NCBI GenBank assembly: GCA_964016885.1
Contig: OZ024741.1
Location: 259,718,001 to 259,782,000, forward strand
Origin: Eledone cirrhosa
Taxonomy: Eukaryota
Direction: 5' to 3'
DNA length: 64,000 nucleotides
Shown: positions 54,007 to 64,000 of the stretch, piece after piece
Layout of the letters: each line of letters opens with the position of its first letter
Numbering within the stretch: position 1 is the first letter of the stretch
Notes under the pieces: model-generated
What the model was told of the DNA's origin: nothing
What the model saw: only the letters and a program-made list of their open reading frames with translations
The model's database searches: none
Made by a program: the position numbers and the translations under genes

Positions 54007-55991
54007 CGTAAGTCGAAACACTCGTAAGCCGAAGCACTCGTGAGCCGAAACACTCGTAAGTCGGAACACTCGTAAGTCAGAACACTCGTAAGTCAGAACA
54101 CTCGTAAGTTAGAACACTCGTAAGTCAGAACACTCGTAAGTCAGAACACTCGTAAGTCAGAACACTCGTAAGTCGAAACACTCGTATCGAAACACTCGTA
54201 TGTCAAAACAGCAGTAAGTCAAAACACTCGTAAGTCGAAACACTCGTAAGCCGAAACACCGTAAGTCAAAACACTCGTAAGTCGAAACACTCGTAAGTCG
54301 AAACACTCGTAAGTCGAAACACTCGTAATCCGAAACACTCGTAAGCCGAAACACTCGTAAGTCGAAACACTCGTAAGTCGAAACACTCGTAAGCCGAAAC
54401 ACTCGTAAGCCGAAACACTCGTAAGTCGGAACACTCGTAAGTCAGAACACTCATAAGTCAGAACACTCGTAAGTCAGAACACTCGTAAGTCGAAACACTC
54501 GTAAGCCGAAACACCGTAAGTCGAAACACCCGTATGTCGAAACACTCGTAAGCCGAAACACTCTTAAGTCGAAACACTCATAAGCCGAAACACTCGTAAG
54601 TCGGAACACTCGTAAATCAGAACACCCGCAAGTCAGAACACTCGTAAATCAGAACACTCTTAAGTCGAAACTTACGTACGCCGAAACAATCGTAAGTCGA
54701 AACACTCGTAAGTCGAAACATCCTTAAGTCGAAACACTCGTACACCGAAACACTCGTAAGTATAAACATTAGTAAGTCGAAACACTCGTATGTCGAAACA
54801 CTCGTAAACCGAAACACTCGTAAGTCGGAACACTCGTAAGTCAGAACACTCGTAAGTCAGAACACTCGTAAGTCGAAACACTCATAAGTCGAAACACTCG
54901 TAAGTCGAAACACCCGTAAGTCGAAACACCCGTAAGTCGAAACACTCGTATGTCGAATAACTCGTAAGCCGAAACACCGTAAGTCAAAACACTCGTAAGT
55001 CGAAACACTCGTAAGTCGAAACACCCATAAGCCGAAACACTCGTAAGCCAAAACATTCGTAAGTCGAAACACTCGTAAACCGAAACACTCGTAAGCCAAA
55101 ACATTCGTAAGTCGGAACACTCGTAAGTCAGAACACTCATAAGTCAGAACACTCGTAAGTCAGAACACTCGTAAGTCGAAACACTCGTAAGCCGAAACAC
55201 CGTAAGTCGAAACACCCGTATGTCGAAACACTCGTAAGCCGAAACACTCTTAAGTCGAAACACCCATAGCCGAAACACTTGTAAGTCTGAACACACGTAA
55301 GTCAGAACACCCGTAAGTCAGAACACTCGTAAGTCAGAACACTCGTAAGTCAGAACACTCGTAAGTCAGAGCACTCGTATCGAAACACTCGTATGTCAAA
55401 ACACCCGTAAGTCAAAACACTCGTAAGTCGAAACACTCGTAAGTCGAAACACTCGTAAGCCGAAACACCGTAAGCCAAAACACTCGTAAGTCGAAACACC
55501 CGTAAGTCGGAACACTCGTAAGTCGAAACACTCGTAAGCCGAAACACTCATAAGCCGAAACACTCGTAAGTCGGAACACTCGTAAGTCAGAACACCCGTA
55601 AGTCAGAACACTCGTAGTCAGAACACTCGTTAGTCGAAACACTCGTAAGCCGAAACACTCGCAAGTCGAAGCACTCGTAATCCGAAACACTCTTAAGTCG
55701 AAACACTCGTAAGTCGGAAGACTCGTAAGTCAGAACACTCGTAAGTCAGAACACTCGTAAGTCGAAACACTCGTAAGCCGAAACATCCGTAAGTCAAAAC
55801 ATCCGTAGGTCAAAACATTCGTAAGTCGAAACACCCGTAGTCGAAACACTCGCATGTCGAAACACTCGTAAGTCGAAACACGCGTAAGTCGAAACACATG
55901 TAAGTCAAAACACTCGTAAGTCAAAACACTCGTAAGCCGAAACACTCGTAAGTCGAAACACTCGTAAGTCGAAACACTCGTAAAGCGAAAC

Positions 55992-56061
55992 GTATAAATA
56001 AAGATTAATGTAATGAATTTGAAAAGCATAGAGATTTGAAACCGCGTCTATTTGTTATTTT
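55992..56061 (+). repeat. 70-bp AT-rich element, type B (copy 25)
   Basis: B alleles, followed by CGTAAATCG. Confidence 0.95.
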
Positions 56062-57234
56062 CGTAAATCGAAACACTCGTAAGCCGAAACACTCGTGAGC
56101 CGAAACACTCGTAAGTCGGAACACTCGTAAGTCAGAACACTCGTAAGTCAGAACACTCGTAAGTTAGAACACTCGTAAGTCAGAACACTCGTAAGTCAGA
56201 ACACTCGTAAGTCAGAACACTCGTAAGTCGAAACACTCGTATCGAAACACTCGTATGTCAAAACACCAGTAAGTCAAAACACTCGTAAGTCGAAACACTC
56301 GTAAGCCGAAACACCGTAAGTCAAAACACTCGTAAGTCGAAACACTCGTAAGTCGAAACACTCGTAAGTCGAAACACTCGTAAGTCGAAACACTCGTAAG
56401 CCGAAACACTCGTAAGCCGAAACACTCGTAAGTCGGAACACTCGTAAGTCAGAACACTCATAAGTCAGAACACTCGTAAGTCAGAACACTCGTAAGTCGA
56501 AACACTCGTAAGCCGAAACACCGTAAGTCGAAACACCCGTATGTCGAAACACTCGTAAGCCGAAACACTCTTAAGTCGAAACACTCATAAGCCGAAACAC
56601 TCGTAAGTCGGAACACTCGTAAGTCGAAACACCCGTAAGTCGGAACACTCGTAAGTCGAAACACTCGTAAGTCGAAACACTCGTAAGCCGAAACACTCGT
56701 AAGCCGAAACACTCGTAAGTCGGAACACTCGTAAGTCGGAACACTCGTAAGTCAGAACACTCGTAAGTCAGAACACTCGTAAGTCAGAACACTCGTAAGT
56801 CAGAATACTCGTAAGTCGAAACACTCGTATCGAAACACTCGTATGTCAAAACACCCGTAAGTCAAAACACTCGTAAGTCGAAACACTCGTAAGTCGAAAC
56901 ACTCGTATGTCGAAACATCCGTAAATCAGAACACTCGTAAGTCGAAACACTCGTAAGCCGAAACACTCGTAAGTCGAAACACTCGTATCGAAACACTCGT
57001 AAGTCGAAACACCCTTAAGTCAAAACACTCGTAAGCCAAAACACTCGTAAGTCGAAACACTCGTAAGTCGGAACACTCGTAAGTCAGAACACTCGTAAGT
57101 CAGAACACTCGTAAGTGGAAACACGCGTAAGTCGAAAGACCCGTAAGTCAAAAATCTCGTAAGTCAAAACACTCGTAAGCCGAAACACTCGTAAGTCGAA
57201 ACACTCGTAAGTCGAAACATTCGTAAAGCGAAAC

Positions 57235-57304
57235 GTATAAATAAAGATTAATGTAATGAACTTGAAAAGCATAGATATTTGAAACCGCGTCTATTTGTTA
57301 TTTT
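57235..57304 (+). repeat. 70-bp AT-rich element, type A (copy 26)
   Basis: A alleles. Confidence 0.95.
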
Positions 57305-58401
57305 CGTAAGTCGAAACACTCGTAAGTCAGAACACTCGTAAGTCAGAACACTCTTAAGTGAGAACACTCGTATCGAAACACTCGTATGTCAAAACACCCG
57401 TAAGTCAAAACACTCGTAAGTCGAAACACTCGTAAGTCGAAACACTCGTAAGCCGAAACAATCGTAAGTCAAAACACTCGTAAGTCGAAACACTCGTAAG
57501 CCGAAAATACTCGTAAGTCGGAACACCCGTAAGCCGAAACCCTCGTAGTTCGGAACACTCGTAAGTCGAAACACTCGTAAGTCGAAACACCCGTAAGTCG
57601 AAACACTCGTAAGTCGAAACACCCGTAAGTCGAAACATCCGTAAGACAAAACACTCGTATGTCGAAACACTCGTAAGCCGAGACACTCGTAAGTCGGAAC
57701 ACTCGCAAGTCAGAACACTCGTAAGTCAGAACACTCGTAAGTCGAAACACTCGTAAGTCGAAACACCCGTAAGTCGAAACGCCCGTAAGTCAAAACACTC
57801 GTATGTCGAAACACTCGCAAGCCGAAAAACCGTAAGTCAAAACACTCGTAAGTCGAAACACTCGTAAGTCGAAACACTCGTAAGCCGAAACACTCGTAAG
57901 CGAAAACATTCGTAAGTCGAAACACTCGTAACCCGAAACACTCGTAAGTCGAAACACTCGAAAGCCGAAACACTCGTAAGTCGAAACACTCATAAGCCGA
58001 AACACTCGTAAGTCGGAACACTCGTAAGTCAGAACACCCGTAAGTCAGAACACTCGTAGTCAGAACACTCGTAAGTCGAAACACTCGTAAGCCGAAACAC
58101 TCGCAAGTCGAAGCACTCGTAATCCGAAACACTCTTAAGTCGAAACACTCGTAAGTCAGAACACTCGTAAGTCGAAACACTCGTAAGCCGAAACATCCGT
58201 AAGTCAAAACATCCGTAAGTCAAAACATTCGTAAGTCGAAACACCCGTAGTCGAAACACTCGCATGTCGAAACACTCGTAAGTCGAAACACGCGTAAGTC
58301 GAAACACATGTAAGTCAAAACACTCGTAAGTCAAAACACTCGTAAGCCGAAACACTCGTGAGTCGAAACACTCGTAAGTTGAAACACTCGTAAAGCGAAA
58401 C

Positions 58402-58471
58402 GTATAAATAAAGATTAATGTAATGAATTTGAAAAGCATAGAGATTTGAAACCGCGTCTATTTGTTATTTT
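58402..58471 (+). repeat. 70-bp AT-rich element, type B (copy 27)
   Basis: B alleles. Confidence 0.95.
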
Positions 58472-60393
58472 CGTAAGTCGAAACACTCGTAAGCCGAAGC
58501 ACTCGTGAGCCGAAACACTCGTAAGTCGGAACACTCGTAAGTCAGAACACTCGTAAGTCAGAACACTCGTAAGTTAGAACACTCGTAAGTCAGAACACTC
58601 GTAAGTCAGAACACTCGTAAGTCAGAACACTCGTAAGTCGAAACACTCGTATCGAAACACTCGTATGTCAAAACAGCAGTAAGTCAAAACACTCGTAAGT
58701 CGAAACACTCGTAAGCCGAAACACCGTAAGTCAAAACACTCGTAAGTCGAAACACTCGTAAGTCGAAACACTCGTAAGTCGAAACACTCGTAATCCGAAA
58801 CACTCGTAAGCCGAAACACTCGTAAGTCGAAACACTCGTAAGTCGGAACACTCGTAAGCCGAAACACTCGTAAGCCGAAACACTCGTAAGTCGGAACACT
58901 CGTAAGTCAGAACACTCATAAGTCAGAACACTCGTAAGTCAGAACACTCGTAAGTCGAAACACTCGTAAGCCGAAACACCGTAAGTCGAAACACCCGTAT
59001 GTCGAAACACTCGTAAGCCGAAACACTCTTAAGTCGAAACACTCATAAGCCGAAACACTCGTAAGTCGGAACACTCGTAAATCAGAACACCCGCAAGTCA
59101 GAACACTCGTAAATCAGAACACTCTTAAGTCGAAACTTACGTACGCCGAAACAATCGTAAGTCGAAACACTCGTAAGTCGAAACATCCTTAAGTCGAAAC
59201 ACTCGTACACCGAAACACTCGTAAGTATAAACATTAGTAAGTCGAAACACTCGTATGTCGAAACACTCGTAAACCGAAACACTCGTAAGTCGGAACACTC
59301 GTAAGTCAGAACACTCGTAAGTCAGAACACTCGTAAGTCGAAACACTCATAAGTCGAAACACTCGTAAGTCGAAACACCCGTAAGTCGAAACACCCGTAA
59401 GTCGAAACACTCGTATGTCGAATAACTCGTAAGCCGAAACACCGTAAGTCAAAACACTCGTAAGTCGAAACACTCGTAAGTCGAAACACCCATAAGCCGA
59501 AACACTCGTAAGCCAAAACATTCGTAAGTCGAAACACTCGTAAACCGAAACACTCGTAAGCCAAAACATTCGTAAGTCGGAACACTCGTAAGTCAGAACA
59601 CTCATAAGTCAGAACACTCGTAAGTCAGAACACTCGTAAGTCGAAACACTCGTAAGCCGAAACACCGTAAGTCGAAACACCCGTATGTCGAAACACTCGT
59701 AAGCCGAAACACTCTTAAGTCGAAACACCCATAGCCGAAACACTTGTAAGTCTGAACACACGTAAGTCAGAACACCCGTAAGTCAGAACACTCGTAAGTC
59801 AGAACACTCGTAAGTCAGAACACTCGTAAGTCAGAGCACTCGTATCGAAACACTCGTATGTCAAAACACCCGTAAGTCAAAACACTCGTAAGTCGAAACA
59901 CCCGTAAGTCGGAACACTCGTAAGTCGAAACACTCGTAAGCCGAAACACTCATAAGCCGAAACACTCGTAAGTCGGAACACTCGTAAGTCAGAACACCCG
60001 TAAGTCAGAACACTCGTAGTCAGAACACTCGTTAGTCGAAACACTCGTAAGCCGAAACACTCGCAAGTCGAAGCACTCGTAATCCGAAACACTCTTAAGT
60101 CGAAACACTCGTAAGTCGGAAGACTCGTAAGTCAGAACACTCGTAAGTCAGAACACTCGTAAGTCGAAACACTCGTAAGCCGAAACATCCGTAAGTCAAA
60201 ACATCCGTAGGTCAAAACATTCGTAAGTCGAAACACCCGTAGTCGAAACACTCGCATGTCGAAACACTCGTAAGTCGAAACACGCGTAAGTCGAAACACA
60301 TGTAAGTCAAAACACTCGTAAGTCAAAACACTCGTAAGCCGAAACACTCGTAAGTCGAAACACTCGTAAGTCGAAACACTCGTAAAGCGAAAC

Positions 60394-60463
60394 GTATAAA
60401 TAAAGATTAATGTAATGAATTTGAAAAGCATAGAGATTTGAAACCGCGTCTATTTGTTATTTT
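60394..60463 (+). repeat. 70-bp AT-rich element, type B (copy 28)
   Basis: B alleles, followed by CGTAAATCG. Confidence 0.95.
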
Positions 60464-61730
60464 CGTAAATCGAAACACTCGTAAGCCGAAACACTCGTGA
60501 GCCGAAACACTCGTAAGTCGGAACACTCGTAAGTCAGAACACTCGTAAGTCAGAACACTCGTAAGTTAGAACACTCGTAAGTCAGAACACTCGTAAGTCA
60601 GAACACTCGTAAGTCAGAGCACTCGTATCGAAACACTCGTATGTCAAAACACCCGTAAGTCAAAACACTCGTAAGTCGAAACACTCGTAAGCCGAAACAC
60701 CGTAAGCCAAAACACTCGTAAGTCGAAACACCCGTAAGTCGGAACACTCGTAAGTCGAAACACTCATAAGTCGAAACACTCGTAAGCCGAAACACTCGTA
60801 AGCCGAAACACTCTTAAGTCGGAACACTCGTAAGTCGGAACACTCGTAAGTCAGAACACTCGTAAGTCAGAACACTCGTAAGTCAGAACACTCGTAAGTC
60901 AGAACACTCGTAAGTCGAAACACTCGTATCGAAACACTCGTATGTCAAAACACCAGTAAGTCGAAACACTCGTATCGAAACACTCGTATGTCAAAACACC
61001 AGTAAGTCAAAACACTCGTAAGTCGAAACACTCGTAAGCCGAAACACCGTAAGTCGAAACACCCGTATGTCGAAACACTCGTAAGCCGAAACACTCGTAA
61101 GTCGAAACACTCGTAGTCGAAACACTCGTAAGTCGAAACACCCGTAAGTCGAAACACTCGTAAGTCGAAACACTCGTAAGCCGAAACACTCGTAAGTCGA
61201 AACACTCATAAGCCGAAACACTCGTAAGTCGAAACACTCGTAAGTCAGAACACTCGTAGTCAGAACACTCGTAAGTCAAACCACTCGTAAGCCGAAACAC
61301 TCGTAAGTCGAAACACTCGTAAGTCGAAACACTCGTAAGTCGAAAAACTCGTAAGCCGGAACACTCGTAAGTCAGAACACTCGTAAGTCAGAACACTCGT
61401 AAGTCGAAACACTCGTAAGCCGAAACACCCGTAAGTCGAAACATTCGTAAGTCGAAACACCCGTAAGTCGAAACACTCGTAAGTCGAAACACTCGTAAGT
61501 CGAAACACCGTAAGTCAAAACACTCGTATGTCGAAACATCCGTAAATCAGAACACTCCTAAGTCAAAACACTCGTAAGTCGAAACACTCGTAAGTCAAAA
61601 ATACTCGTAAGTCGAAGCACCCTTAAGTAAAAACACTCGTAAGTCGAAACACTCGTAAGCCGAAACACCCGTCAGTTAAAACACCCGTAAGTCGAAACAC
61701 TCGTAAGTCAAAACTCTCGTACGCCGAAAC

Positions 61731-64000
61731 ACTCGTAAGTAAAAACATTAGTAAGTCGAAACACTCGTAAGCCGAAACACTCATAAGTCGAAACACTCGT
61801 AAGCCGAAACACCCGTAAGTCAAAACATTCGTAAGTCAAAACACTCGTAAGTCGAAACACCCGTAAGTCGAAACACTCGTATGTCGAAACACTCGTAAGC
61901 CGAAACACCGTAAGTAAAAACACTCGTAAGTCTAAACACCCACAAGTCGAAACACTCGTAAGCCGAAACACTCGTAAGTCGAAACACTCATAAGCCGAAA
62001 CACTCGTAAGTCGGAACACTCGTAAATCAGAACACCCGCAAGTCAGAACACTCGTAAATCAGAACACTCTTAAGTCGAAACTCACGTACGCCGAAACACT
62101 CGTAAGTCGAAACACTCGTAAGTCGAAACATCCTTAAGTCGAAACACTCGTACACCGAAACACTCGTAAGTATAAACATTAGTAAGTCGAAACACTCGTA
62201 TGTCGAAACACTCGTAAACCGAAACACTCGTAAGTCGGAACACTCGTAAGTCAGAACACTCGTAAGTCAGAACACTCGTAAGACGAAACACTCATAAGTC
62301 GAAACACTCGTAAGTCGAAACACCCGTAAGTCGAAACACCCGTAAGTCGAAACACTCGTATGTCGAATAACTCGTAAGCCGAAACACCGTAAGTCAAAAC
62401 ACTCGTAAGTCGAAACACTCGTAAGTCGAAACACCCATAAGCCGAAACATTCGTAAGCCAAAACATTCGTAAGTCGAAACACTCGTAAACCGAAACACTC
62501 GTAAGCCAAAACATTCGTAAGTCGAAACACTCGTAAGTCGAAACACCCATAGCCGAAACACTTGTAAGTCTGAACACACGTAAGTCAGAACACCCGTAAG
62601 TCAGAACACTCGTAAGTCAGAACACTCGTAAGTCAGAACACTCGTAAGTCAGAGCACTCGTATCGAAACACTCGTATGTCAAAACACCCGTAAGTCAAAA
62701 CACTCGTAAGTCGAAACACTCGTAAGCCGAAACACCGTAAGCCAAAACACTCGTAAGTCGAAACATCCGTAAGTCGGAACACTCGTAAGTCGAAACACTC
62801 GTAAGTCGAAACACTCGTAAGCCGAAACACTCGTAAGCCGAAACACTCGTAAGTCGGAACACTCGTAAGTCGGAACACTCGTAAGTCAGAACACTCGTAA
62901 GTCAGAACACTCGTAAGTCAGAACACTCGTAAGTCAGAACACTCGTAAGTCGAAACACTCGTATCGAAACACTCGTATGTCAAAACACCCGTAAGTCAAA
63001 ACACTCGTAAGTCGAAACACTCGTAAGTCGAAACACTCGTATGTCGAAACATCCGTAAATCAGAACACTCGTAAGTCGAAACACTCGTAAGTCGAAACAC
63101 TCGTAAGCCGAAACACTCGTAAGTCGAAGCACTCGTATCGAAACACTCGTAAGTCGAAACACCCTTAAGTCAAAACACTCGTAAGCCAAAACACTCGTAA
63201 GTCGAAACACTCGTAAGTCGGAACACTCGTAAGTCAGAACACTCGTAAGTCAGAACACTCGTAAGTGGAAACACGCGTAAGTCGAAAGACCCGTAAGTCA
63301 AAAATCTCGTAAGTCAAAACACTCGTAAGCCGAAACACTCGTAAGTCGAAACACTCGTAAGTCGAAACATTCGTAAAGCGAAACGTATAAATAAAGATTA
63401 ATGTAATGAACTTGAAAAGCATAGATATTTGAAACCGCGTCTATTTGTTATTTTCGTAAGTCGAAACACTCGTAAGTCAGAACACTCGTAAGTCAGAACA
63501 CTCTTAAGTCAGAACACTCGTATCGAAACACGTATGTCAAAACACCCGTAAGTCAAAACACTCGTAAGTCGAAACACTCGTAAGTCGAAACACTCGTAAG
63601 CCGAAACAATCGTAAGTCAAAACACTCGTAAGTCGAAACACTCGTAAGCCGAAAATACTCGTAAGTCGGAACACCCGTAAGCCGAAACCCTCGTAGGTCG
63701 GAACACTCGTAAGTCGAAACACTCGTAAGTCGAAACACCCGTAAGTCGAAACACTCGTAAGTCGAAACACCCGTAAGTCGAAACACTCGTAAGCCGAAAA
63801 TACTCGTAAGTCGGAACACCCGTAAGCCGAAACCCTCGTAGGTCGGAACACTCGTAAGTCGAAACACTCGTAAGTCGAAACACCCGTAAGTCGAAACACT
63901 CGTAAGTCGAAACACCCGTAAGTCGAAACATCCGTAAGTCAAAACACTCGTATGTCGAAACACTCGTAAGCCGAAACACTCGTAAGTCGGAACACTCGCA
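61731..64000 (+). repeat. Near-perfect direct copy of window positions 1-2270 (offset 61,730 bp)
   Basis: ORF-track pairs 297/62027, 903/62633, 1504/63234 and 1887/63617; I noticed only 2 substitutions (403 vs 62133; 553 vs 62283). Confidence 0.92.
63385..63454 (+). repeat. 70-bp AT-rich element, type A (copy 29)
   Basis: A alleles; exactly 61,730 bp after copy 1. Confidence 0.95.

Larger units (their letters stand above)
47690..60610 (+). repeat. Higher-order repeat, 4465-bp unit, ~2.9 near-identical tandem copies (A-B-B elements per unit)
   Basis: 48305->52770->57235 and 49472->53937->58402 (all 4465); 63-bp deletion in copy 3 near 59890; private markers GTGAGAAC, GCCGAGAC and ACAGCAGT. 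Confidence 0.95.
1..64000 (+). repeat. Tandem satellite array, 16-bp monomer GTAAGTCGAAACACTC (~3,900 copies, head-to-tail, one orientation; runs off both window ends)
   Basis: Directly visible throughout. Common variants: GCCGAA, GTCGGA, GTCAGA, GTCAAA, ACCC, CATA, GTATG, CATT, CATCC. Length variants: 14 bp (GTATCG, ACACCGT), 15 bp (GTAGTC, CATAGCC) and 17 bp (GCCGAAAATACTC). Confidence 0.99.

Noticed and set aside
297-63979. Hundreds of minus-strand ORFs (60-165 aa) with YECFDLRVFRLTSVST repeats
   Set aside because: They are translations of a 16-bp (non-triplet) satellite. The same peptide appears in all three overlapping frames, frame-breaking 14-bp and 17-bp monomers are common, most starts are GTG/TTG, and no domain is recognisable.
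1-64000. CRISPR array (repeat ends in GAAAC; the element contains ATTTGAAAC)
   Set aside because: There are no unique spacers, the 16-bp period is far below a repeat-plus-spacer unit, and no cas genes or leader are present.
1-64000. Telomerase-made long telomeric repeat (minus-strand variant TACGGATGT recalls Candida-type repeats)
   Set aside because: The consensus has no G-rich strand, and the kb-scale HORs, interspersed elements and >64-kb length point to recombinational amplification.
1-64000. Plasmid or phage iteron origin, or prokaryotic VNTR
   Set aside because: Thousands of copies over >64 kb with no rep or other gene is outside the scale of iteron arrays.
1-64000. Pure sequencing or synthetic artefact
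   Set aside because: Variants are heritable across nested HORs at consistent offsets, which fits a real evolving array. The exact copy numbers of HORs could still be mis-assembled.

Overview
The whole 64 kb window is one uninterrupted, single-orientation tandem satellite array. Its 16-bp monomer has the consensus GTAAGTCGAAACACTC (7/16 GC, two CpGs, one TaqI TCGA site), and there are roughly 3,900 copies. I see no credible gene, RNA gene, transposase or CRISPR array. The many minus-strand ORFs are artefacts of a stop-free 48-bp trimer (LRVFRLTSVSTYECFD). The only non-monomer sequence is a 70-bp, 76%-AT element found 29 times, always in the same orientation and monomer register. It comes in two types (A and B) that tend to alternate, and it carries TATAAAT/AATAAA...CA...TTTGTTATTTT. 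Monomer variants follow a fixed order and are amplified as nested higher-order repeats (HORs): 145, 635, 751, ~1440, ~2.0-2.2k, 2464, 3268, 4465, ~5.6k and ~8k bp, plus dispersed copies ~26-28 kb apart. Bases 1-2270 recur almost perfectly at 61731-64000, suggesting a 61,730-bp super-unit. This looks like eukaryotic heterochromatic or centromere-type satellite. Organism and function cannot be determined from the sequence alone. Counts and offsets were read by eye and from the ORF-track coordinates, so HOR boundaries are approximate.
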